NCBI GenBank assembly: GCA_000320545.1
Contig: ADNK01001691.1
Span: 12,206 to 76,205 of the forward strand
Origin: Bigelowiella natans CCMP2755
Lineage: Eukaryota > Protista > Cercozoa
DNA: 64,000 nt
Direction of reading: 5' to 3'
Shown here: piece by piece, positions 40,342 to 48,372 of the stretch
Layout: every line of letters starts with the position of its first letter
Numbering within the stretch: the stretch's first letter is position 1
The notes under the pieces: model-generated
The model's database searches: none
The model's input: only the letters and a program-made list of their open reading frames with translations
Told to the model about the DNA's origin: nothing
Position numbers and translations under genes: made by a program

Positions 40342-41020
40342 TGATCTCCTATCTAAGAACAAAACCAAACAAGCCATCAAAACGCTGCGCTGCGAAAGCG
40401 GGGATGTTCCAAGTAGCGTGAGTTTCGAGATTTAATGTGCAGCTAGACTACACCATGCAAATTATGCTTCTATTCTGTTTTGGCGATTTGAACGTGTAAG
40501 GCACAATCAAGTTTAATTGGAAAAAAAAGGGGGTTTGGAGGAAGCCATGGATTCCAGTGAAGCCGGCGAACACGCCATGCGGGAACCATTCAGGTGAGTG
40601 TGTGGTGGCCAACCAAGAGGAATTCTGTTTATATCTTTACAATCGAACGAATAATATTACACATTAGCCTCTGTTTTCGATCTATTTTATAATTGCGACT
40701 TGAATATTATTTGTCGTTAAGTAAATTCTATCACCAATCAATGGGTAAGGTATATTCTCCCGATCTGAAAAGACTGTCTCAGTCTGGTAATTGTTGTGGA
40801 TCTCGCTCGTCGAGAACTCCGATGTCGCGCAGTCATTTAGGCAATATTTTGTGGGGGATATATTTGATCAAAATACTCTTCAAATTGTTCTCGCATGGAT
40901 CGAAAAGGGACTGGTTTTGGATTTCGACAGAAACTGACACAAGATTTCCGCTCATCGATTTTCCGCCGAAACAACACGTCGGTAACTTTGTTTTGTTTGC
41001 TCACCACTGCGCGCGCTGCG

Positions 41021-41346
41021 TGTTGCGCGTAAGGTGTTCACAGGCCGAGGCGCTACGTGCACAAGTAGGCAGGGGGGGGGAAAGGCACGTTTGCTTCCTT
41101 TTGAAGAGTTTTGTTTATTTTTATTAAAGATTATATTTTTATTAAATCGTGCACTGCGTAATCATTCGCGAAGCTTTCGCGAATGCCGCCGCACGTGGGG
41201 CAGCACACTTCCGGTGTGCTGCCATGAGTCCCGCCGGAACCCACGTGCCTATGCTGTATTAATATCTACGTTATCTATATTCTATATCCGCGACAACCCC
41301 TTTGTTGTCGCACGTGACTTGTGCCCGCGTAGTGGTACGCGCTACA
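41021..41346 (-). repeat. Gypsy 3' LTR
   Basis: Identical by eye to 46562-46887. Termini TGTAGCGCGT...ACGCGCAACA form an imperfect inverted repeat. AATAAA motifs are present on the minus strand. Confidence 0.96.
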
Positions 41347-41354
41347 CCTCCCCC
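41347..41354 (-). other. Gypsy polypurine tract
   Basis: GGGGGAGG on the minus strand immediately precedes the 3' LTR. Confidence 0.85.
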
Positions 41355-41397
41355 AAGTCACGTTGCTCCTTCCTTCCTTCCTTATTCCCTTAGACCT

Positions 41398-44300
41398 TCA
41401 TCGCTTTCGGAACTTCACCAACCACCAGGTAATAGATTCCTCTCTAACCTTATCTCCTTTGTCGCTTACCCAGAACTCACCTTCGTCCTTAGGTTCGTGT
41501 CCATACCAGCCCTCTGCATCAAGGTCCCCCAGGACCTTATACCAGTGCTCAAAGGGTAAGTCGGGAACAGCTAGGTAGAGTAGCTGATATTTTCCGTCCT
41601 TTATTTTCATAGCTACCCTCTCCATATTTCGTAATCCAGGGTAGCCTAGATAGACAATCTTCATGCGCCAATCGTCGTTCACCCTGACCTTATTGTTTCC
41701 ATATTCCACATCGAACTTAGGTCGGGGTCCTAAACAAGGCATTGCTCGCTCCCACACAGTAGGGTTTACTTTAACATCCTCTAGGAGCTTCTCACCGATA
41801 TCATAATTCTTTAGGTGACTGATGTGGCGCAAGGTGACCCTGTTCCCATCATAGATGTAGTACTGCTTCCTCCCCTTCCTCTCGGTAACCTTTGCAACGC
41901 CACCCCAGAAGGGGTCTTGTTTATTTCTCGATCTCAGATTTACCTTGGCCCTAACATACTGTCCTTCCTTTAGAACTCGGCCATCGTACGGGACCTTCTC
42001 GTCTTCGCTCTCGGTATCGTCGTCGTTGTCGTCGCCTTCTTCCCTCTCCTTATCCTTGATACCTCCCCCAGACGTGAAGGTGTCGTTTACTAACCCTTGT
42101 ATCTTGTCTGGTGTGGTGCTATTTATCCTGCTTAGGTTGGCCAAGGTGCGGTGGAGTCGCTCTACCTTGGAGTTGGACTGGGCATAGTATACAGGTGAGG
42201 CATCAATATTAGGGTGTGGTAGCTGTAGAAGAGAGGTCTCATTATCCACATGTAACTTCTTTGGTATCTTGTTTATGCTAACTTCATCAGGGATAGCCTG
42301 GAGCTCAGACTCCCAGGTACGGTAGCAGTTAGTAAGCCTCTGCTTATATAAGCCTTTGTTCTTCTTAGCAACGTTGACCTTGATAATCTTTTTAACCCAG
42401 CACTTTCCAGTGGCCACATCAACGAAGGTAAGGTAGTGATAGCCATCGTACTTATAAACATCAATTTGCACGATATCTAAGAAGTTCCTTGCTTTGATTT
42501 TCTTAGATGCACGGCTCTTGCTGGACTCCTTGGTGGCGACGCCTGCCGCCTTCAAGCTGGAGCACCTGCAGCCACGCAGGTATGTCCTTATCTCTTTTAG
42601 CTTGTAGGGCCAGTAGTAATGGTAGAGTAGAGCAGTGATATGGTTTTCTCCTACGTGTGCAGGTCCATGGGCGGTAAAGAGAAGGGCTCCCCTGGTCCGC
42701 CGTGGCACGTAGGTACGCCTAACATTATTAGTGTATACATATATCCTATCACTAAGTACCTCATGCTTGTGTTTGTATTTATCCAGGTGTTCTTGAAGGT
42801 GCTGGAGCTCCTCTGGCTCAGGCAGGAAGTCGCCGTCCTCGAAGGTAATCGCGTTAACCATAGGGGTGACCTGGGTAGGGACTTTCTTTTCGAACAGCCT
42901 GCTGAAATAGTCAGCAAGCTGCTTGTCTCCTGGTGCGTAGACCACTGTCCTCTTGTCCCTAAACTCTTCCGTGTCCGCCCTCATAGCTGCATACTCATCG
43001 TTAGGCGCTTCGAGCTTGCGGTCGATGCCTAGGAGGGGCTTGTGGTCAGTCATTAAGGTGAAGCTGGGCACCGACAGCAGGTAGTATCTTAGTTTCCTCT
43101 GCGCCTCAGTCATGGCTTTATACTCTCCTTTTGTAGGGCTGTACTTGGCCTCAGCTGCTGTGCAGGCCCTGCCCCACACCCGTATGATCTGCTGGTCTTG
43201 GGTAAGTACAGCAGCCATACCTAGCTTAGACCAGTCTGTCCATAGGGTAGCTGGTCTAGTAGTGTCTAGCTTAGCATTCAATAGGGTGTTGCTGCATAAC
43301 TTTATTAGGTTATCGAAGTGGGCATCAAGGCCAGCCTTGGCCCACACCTTAGCGAAGCTGAGGCCTACAGAGTTCTCCTTCCGGTAAGCAGTAGTAAAAG
43401 CAGCTGCAGTCCTAGCGTAGGTAGGGGAGAACCTACGTAGTATCCAAGCTGCAGTCTGCAAGAATGACTTTAACTCCTTTGCATTCTTAGGTTTAGGGGC
43501 TTGCTGTAGTGCTGCTACTTTCTCGGGGTTTGGGGTGATGCGGCCTTGCTCCAGGTAATATCCACACCACTTGATTCTTGTAGCTAGGAATGTACACTTC
43601 TGCAGTCTAATAGTAAAACCGAAGTGTGCAAACCTAATAAATATATTTTCCAGGAGGAAGATCTGAGCGACGACTGTGTTGGTACATATTATGTCATCAT
43701 CCACATACACAAACACAAACACCCACAACACAGACGCCATCCCATCATGTGTGTATGCCCTGTAGTTCTGACTACTGAACGCATCCCCTGATATGCTTAG
43801 GCCGTAAGGGAATACGACGAAGTGCCACTTCCTGTGCCTGCTGGAGAACGCGGTAATGGGGCGGGAGGTTTTGTGGATGGGTGTCTGCATGTATGATTCA
43901 TTTTTATCTAGGGAAGAGTAGTATTTGTATCCTATGACGTGTTCAATAACGTCATCTATCCTTGGTGTAGGTGTCTGGATCCTCTTTATTACTCGGTTGT
44001 GGCGGATGAAGTTGTGCGCCAGGCGGAAGAAAGGGTAAGTAGGTTTCTTAGCTAGCACATGTCTCACGTTCCATGGTGAGTTGCTTGGCTCTATCTTCCC
44101 TTCCTTTGCCCATTCATTGATCTGCCACTCTATCTTTTCCCAGTCCGCTTCCGGTCGCCTATGTTCTGGGTCATTGATGATGCACTCTTCGTATCCCTTC
44201 TTTAGCTCGATCTTTACTGGGGTAAGCTTGCTGGAGGGCTTCGTCGTCGGCTTGGTGATGTCAGAGTACTTCTCGTTTAATATTTTATTAATGTACTTTT

Positions 44301-45192
44301 TGCCTTTGTCGATATCCCAATCATCAGCTGGGGGGGTCTTGTCCAGTAGCTCCGTTATCTGTCGGATGGTCTTGCCGGGGTTCTTCTTCCGTAGCTCGGT
44401 AGGTGTAGGTAGCTTGTTGTCCGCTAGGTCCATAAACTCTAACGCATTAACGCTTGACTCAGAGGTCCACTCGTCAAGCCGTATCATGTTCTGGCTGATG
44501 GTCCTGCCTGACTTCTTTGGCAACTTAGCAAAGTATATCTTGTGATTGTAGAATGATATGATCCCCCCTAATTTTTCTAGGGCATCCTGTCCGAGGAGTA
44601 GTTCCATGGATAAAGTCATGGCTACTCGGGTCTTGATTTGGGTCTCCGCGTCGCTGCCAGGTATCTGTAGCTTTAGCATTAGCTCACCGACGGTCTTCAT
44701 GGAAGAGCTTCCGTCTGCTTGAGCATATTTACGTTCTTTCTTAGTCACTTGATCCAATAGTCCTAACCTTCTTACTGTGCTTAGGCTTATGAAGGACTTC
44801 GGCATGCTGCCACTATCCCAAAGGGCAGGTAGTTTCTTGTAGTCTCCGTAGCTGTCTTTAACTTTAACCTTGGTCATAGCAACTTTGATAGTCCTGTTAG
44901 CGTCTTCGTCATTAATGTTGCATACTCCTAAGTTCTTTATGTCGTCTAGGGTCATGGGCTTGTCTTGGTCCTGCGTTGCTGGTACTGCTGTCTTCGTCGG
45001 CGCCTGCTTAAGGTGATCTAATATTCCGTTTATCTGCTGCTGTATAGCATTGATACTGTTCTGCTTTTTGTTCTTATATTTATTGTTCTTCCCGTTGTTG
45101 CTGCCTTGCCATTTGCTGTTGTTATATCCTTGTCCTCTGCCTTTCTTTCTCTTTAACTTCTCGTAGTGTTCGTTGAGCTGCCTGATCGTCAT
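41398..45192 (-). CDS. pol: Gypsy Pol (PR-RT-RNase H-integrase-GPY/F-like-Dam-like domain), 1264 aa
   Basis: Protease LWDSGS; RT SLDKNESYMQ, FPYGL, YVDD; RNase H LWTDWS..MTDHKPL; integrase H-x3-H..CxC, IDVY, VDNE, SNSKVER; C-terminal extension. Confidence 0.93.
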   Translation of the reverse strand: MTIRQLNEHYEKLKRKKGRGQGYNNSKWQGSNNGKNNKYKNKKQNSINAIQQQINGILDHLKQAPTKTAVPATQDQDKPMTLDDIKNLGVCNINDEDANRTIKVAMTKVKVKDSYGDYKKLPALWDSGSMPKSFISLSTVRRLGLLDQVTKKERKYAQADGSSSMKTVGELMLKLQIPGSDAETQIKTRVAMTLSMELLLGQDALEKLGGIISFYNHKIYFAKLPKKSGRTISQNMIRLDEWTSESSVNALEFMDLADNKLPTPTELRKKNPGKTIRQITELLDKTPPADDWDIDKGKKYINKILNEKYSDITKPTTKPSSKLTPVKIELKKGYEECIINDPEHRRPEADWEKIEWQINEWAKEGKIEPSNSPWNVRHVLAKKPTYPFFRLAHNFIRHNRVIKRIQTPTPRIDDVIEHVIGYKYYSSLDKNESYMQTPIHKTSRPITAFSSRHRKWHFVVFPYGLSISGDAFSSQNYRAYTHDGMASVLWVFVFVYVDDDIICTNTVVAQIFLLENIFIRFAHFGFTIRLQKCTFLATRIKWCGYYLEQGRITPNPEKVAALQQAPKPKNAKELKSFLQTAAWILRRFSPTYARTAAAFTTAYRKENSVGLSFAKVWAKAGLDAHFDNLIKLCSNTLLNAKLDTTRPATLWTDWSKLGMAAVLTQDQQIIRVWGRACTAAEAKYSPTKGEYKAMTEAQRKLRYYLLSVPSFTLMTDHKPLLGIDRKLEAPNDEYAAMRADTEEFRDKRTVVYAPGDKQLADYFSRLFEKKVPTQVTPMVNAITFEDGDFLPEPEELQHLQEHLDKYKHKHEVLSDRIYVYTNNVRRTYVPRRTRGALLFTAHGPAHVGENHITALLYHYYWPYKLKEIRTYLRGCRCSSLKAAGVATKESSKSRASKKIKARNFLDIVQIDVYKYDGYHYLTFVDVATGKCWVKKIIKVNVAKKNKGLYKQRLTNCYRTWESELQAIPDEVSINKIPKKLHVDNETSLLQLPHPNIDASPVYYAQSNSKVERLHRTLANLSRINSTTPDKIQGLVNDTFTSGGGIKDKEREEGDDNDDDTESEDEKVPYDGRVLKEGQYVRAKVNLRSRNKQDPFWGGVAKVTERKGRKQYYIYDGNRVTLRHISHLKNYDIGEKLLEDVKVNPTVWERAMPCLGPRPKFDVEYGNNKVRVNDDWRMKIVYLGYPGLRNMERVAMKIKDGKYQLLYLAVPDLPFEHWYKVLGDLDAEGWYGHEPKDEGEFWVSDKGDKVREESITWWLVKFRKR

Positions 45193-45401
45193 CCTGGGTC
45201 GTCCTTCTTTCCTGTCTCTGCAGTCTTTAGCGGTGTGTTTCCCTTTACGTGCTGCCTTGCCATTTGCTGTTGTTATATCCTTGTCCTCTGCCTTTCTTTC
45301 TCTTTAACTTCTCGTAGTGTTCGTTGAGCTGCCTGATCGTCATCCTGGGTCGTCCTTCTTTCCTGTCTCTGCAGTCTTTAGCGGTGTGTTTCCCTTTACG
45401 T
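45100..45401. repeat. 151-bp exact tandem duplication at the gag-pol junction
   Basis: GCTGCCTTGCC...CCCTTTACGT occurs at 45100-45250 and again from 45251. The period is 151 bp, which is not a multiple of 3. Confidence 0.93.
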
Positions 45402-46522
45402 GAGCAGTATCCGCAACGTCGGTTACCTTCCCTGTCCTTGTACCAGTCTCGCTGCGGCTTAATAGCGTTAATGTTTCCTATGCCAGGTACCTTAGGGCTG
45501 GTAAACTTGCGGTCCTGCTCCTGCTCGCGTAGGGATATAGCCTGCACTGCTGCCTCCATCGTGGTGTAGCCTTTCTCCGTAACGTAAGTGGATTCCTTTA
45601 TCTTTAACTTGAACTCTTCAAACCTTGCCTGATCATCACCTGTGTTGTAATTAAAATCATGTAGTTCGTCGATCATATCCTGGAAGCGCGTGGCAAAGTC
45701 TCTAACAGGTTCTCTCTCATGCTGCATCATTGCTCTGTATTTTCTAATAGCCTGGGGTAGGGAGTTAGCATCCTGTTCATTTACAAAAGCCTTCATTATC
45801 GCCTCAACGTCTCGTAGCCCACTAACTGTAGTGTGTATTTTCTCTAGCTGCCTGATCCGGGTCCTGCCTGTCTCGTAAAGGTCCATGGCTTGCTTTATTA
45901 TAGCTAGCCATTTGAGCTTGTCGTTTTCGGTGGGGTTAGGGGTAAAGTCGCAGAGTATACTCCTAGCGTTCTTCCACCACCTCCTTGCCTCACCTCTTTT
46001 CCCGTTGTATTTCGTTATCATAACCGGTGCTGTTTTAACAGACATGAACTGGGTGTTCCGCTGTACCGGCTGCTGCTGCTTGACGGTGCTCTGGGTCGTC
46101 CCCCGCGAGGCGCCCAGACCCCCGTCGTTCCTAAACAAAGCTGCCCACTCTGGAGGTAAGTCTGCTTCGTAATCCATGATGTCCTGCATGATAGCTGCCC
46201 AAACATCATGTGTCTGATACTTGTATTCTATCGATACTTTCAGTTTGGCGTAGTTGCTCGCCCTGGGTCGCAAGGCTCGTAATGCCATTACGACCTTCTT
46301 GCTTTCGGCGGCCACGTCCTCGTCGTCCGCCTCGTAGAAGTTCTCCAGTGCCTCTGCTGCTGCATCTGCTTTCTTAATCCCGGGTGCTGGTCCCGGCGGT
46401 GCCTGTGGAGGTGTTCCTCCTCCTTCCTTAGCGTCCGTATCGCCCTTCCTTTCCTGTTTCTGCTCGTGCCCTTGCACGGCCTGCGAGCCAAAGTCCTGCT
46501 GTTCTTCTAGCTGCTGTGACAT
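45245..46522 (-). CDS. gag: Gypsy Gag, 425 aa
   Basis: RGEARRWW and QHEREPVRDFATRF capsid-like motifs; zinc knuckle CGYCSRKGKHTAKDC (C-x2-C-x5-H-x4-C). Confidence 0.88.
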   Translation of the reverse strand: MSQQLEEQQDFGSQAVQGHEQKQERKGDTDAKEGGGTPPQAPPGPAPGIKKADAAAEALENFYEADDEDVAAESKKVVMALRALRPRASNYAKLKVSIEYKYQTHDVWAAIMQDIMDYEADLPPEWAALFRNDGGLGASRGTTQSTVKQQQPVQRNTQFMSVKTAPVMITKYNGKRGEARRWWKNARSILCDFTPNPTENDKLKWLAIIKQAMDLYETGRTRIRQLEKIHTTVSGLRDVEAIMKAFVNEQDANSLPQAIRKYRAMMQHEREPVRDFATRFQDMIDELHDFNYNTGDDQARFEEFKLKIKESTYVTEKGYTTMEAAVQAISLREQEQDRKFTSPKVPGIGNINAIKPQRDWYKDREGNRRCGYCSRKGKHTAKDCRDRKEGRPRMTIRQLNEHYEKLKRKKGRGQGYNNSKWQGST

Positions 46523-46539
46523 TGTTAGTCAAATCGTTT

Positions 46540-46556
46540 CCCGTGTGTGGAAGCCA
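46540..46556 (-). other. Putative Gypsy primer-binding site
   Basis: TGGCTTCCACACACGGG begins 5 nt after the 5' LTR and is complementary to a tRNA-like 3' end ...CCCGTGTGTGGAAGCCA. The tRNA was not identified. Confidence 0.6.
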
Positions 46557-46561
46557 AAGGT

Positions 46562-46887
46562 TGTTGCGCGTAAGGTGTTCACAGGCCGAGGCGCTACGTG
46601 CACAAGTAGGCAGGGGGGGGGAAAGGCACGTTTGCTTCCTTTTGAAGAGTTTTGTTTATTTTTATTAAAGATTATATTTTTATTAAATCGTGCACTGCGT
46701 AATCATTCGCGAAGCTTTCGCGAATGCCGCCGCACGTGGGGCAGCACACTTCCGGTGTGCTGCCATGAGTCCCGCCGGAACCCACGTGCCTATGCTGTAT
46801 TAATATCTACGTTATCTATATTCTATATCCGCGACAACCCCTTTGTTGTCGCACGTGACTTGTGCCCGCGTAGTGGTACGCGCTACA
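46562..46887 (-). repeat. Gypsy 5' LTR
   Basis: Direct repeat of 41021-41346. Confidence 0.96.
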
Positions 46888-47715
46888 TGCGTGGGTGATG
46901 TTCGTCCATTGTCGACATGTGTGCCCAAACGCATGCAGCTCGCATGATGAACGTTTGGATGACGTTGCATTGTCGTCCCGAGGCAGACCGACTGTGTGCG
47001 CCATGCACAACACAACGGACACAAATGGACAACTCCAAAACGCCTGGAACGTGCCAGCGCGTGCCAGCGTGTTGTGGACAGCAGGTGACGTGCTGCTGCG
47101 CTGTTCATTTTGTCAGTTTGCCATGGCAATTGTGTCACGTTCGTGGTGAATGTGTGTGTCATCTCTTCGTTTCCACACACGTGCATGATGATGGACACAA
47201 CACACGTGCCAGCGTGGTGCACGTGGTGTGCTCAGTGCTGGTGTGGGCGTGCTCTCACGCACACACCAGCTCTGGAGCTCTGCTAGTCGGCCTGTCTGGC
47301 CTGTCTAGCTGTGGGCAGCACCACTCCTGGCTCCGCCGCCGATACAGACGCTTGTGGTCCCATGCCAGCATGGCTGTGGGCTCGAAGGCTAGAAGGGTGA
47401 TGTGTTGCAACAAAGTGCACGTGCATTCATCAACCATTTCACTGCACCAAGAATCGTGCATGTGCAAGACGATTTGCGTGTGAACACTTGCAACGTGTGC
47501 GCACGTGTGTGTGTGTGAACTTGCTTGGTGCGTGCGGACACAAAAAGGGCACGTGACAATGGACACGTGATCCGGCCTGTTTGATGCACGTGAACAACAT
47601 GGACACATCTAGACATGTGTCCAGTGCTGGAGTGTGCGTGTCACATGCGCGTGCACGTACGTGATTCTGCAGAAGACTCCAAGGACGCACGCGTGTCCCA
47701 GCAGGTTGGCAGGGG

Positions 47716-48113
47716 TGTCAGCGGTCTGGCCGCGCCACCCACGATCAAGGAGCTGTCGCAGCATGCGCACGTCCACTCGTGCTGCACGCTGCGCTGCGCA
47801 CATGCGCATGGAAGTTCTCAGAACTTCGGGAATCTTCGAGAAGCTTCGAGAACATTCCGGAAGATTCGAGAATCTTCCAGAATCTTCGAGAGCATTCCGG
47901 AAGCTTCGAGAATCTTCCAGAGAATTCGAGAGAATTCTGGAAGATTCGAGAATCTTCGCGAATGCGCCGGAACCCAATGCGCACATGCATGCAGCGCAAG
48001 TCACAAGTCATCAAAGAATTCAAACGCACACAGGACCGCGTGTTGACACTTGGTGACATCAACAGCACAGTCCCGCGCACAAAAGCTGAGCAGCTACCGC
48101 AAGCCCGCTAAAA
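47716..48113 (+). repeat. Copia 5' LTR (398 bp), ends TG...AA
   Basis: TGTCAGCGG...CCGCTAAAA, followed directly by the PBS. Confidence 0.94.
47830..47959. promoter_or_regulatory. Heat-shock-element-like array: 13 in-phase GAAnnTTCnn units
   Basis: 10 perfect GAAnnTTC units and 3 GAGnnTTC variants at exact 10-bp spacing; the first six are consecutive perfect units. Confidence 0.8.
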
Positions 48114-48125
48114 GGTCATGAGCCT
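48114..48125 (+). other. Copia PBS, half-tRNA-Met type
   Basis: GGTCATGAGCCT abuts the LTR and is complementary to a Met anticodon arm (AGG-CTCATGA-CCT), analogous to the GGTTATGGGCCC half-tRNA PBS of copia/Ty5-type elements. Confidence 0.8.
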
Positions 48126-48372
48126 CAAGAGGACTTGCTAGAGAACCAACTCAGAAAAGAACCAAGCAACCCCCCACCCCCCTTCAGCTACATCCTTCCA
48201 GAAGAAGGAACTGAAAGCGACAACAGCATTCCCTCAGCCAATCTTCGGTCAAGCCTCCAAAGCACTGAAAAACAAAGAAAATAGGAACGAAACAACATGT
48301 CAGAAAAGCAGATAGACTCCCTACTAAAAAAACTTCACCCTCAAGTACGATGGTAGCAACTACAAGCCCTAC

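Larger units (their letters stand above)
41021..46887 (-). mobile_element. Full-length Ty3/Gypsy LTR retrotransposon
   Basis: 326-bp direct repeats at 41021-41346 and 46562-46887 with TG...CA ends; 4-bp TSD TGCG (41017-41020 and 46888-46891); PPT GGGGGAGG next to the 3' LTR; domain order gag-PR-RT-RH-INT. Confidence 0.97.

Noticed and set aside
40547-40950. Possible small plus-strand gene (MDSSEAGEHAMREPF, GTGAGT donor, later WISLVENSDVAQSFRQYF...)
   Set aside because: I could not build a consistent spliced ORF or recognise a domain; this needs transcript data.
46535-46556. tRNA gene at the Gypsy PBS
   Set aside because: Only a 3'-end-like 17-mer is present with no cloverleaf; it is interpreted as a PBS.
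47811-47979. Regular repeat array considered as a CRISPR array
   Set aside because: Units are contiguous 10-mers with no unique spacers, lie inside a eukaryotic LTR, and have no cas genes nearby.
48320-48340. Programmed -1 frameshift at the A-run in Copia gag
   Set aside because: The frame change needed is +1; a homopolymer indel is simpler.
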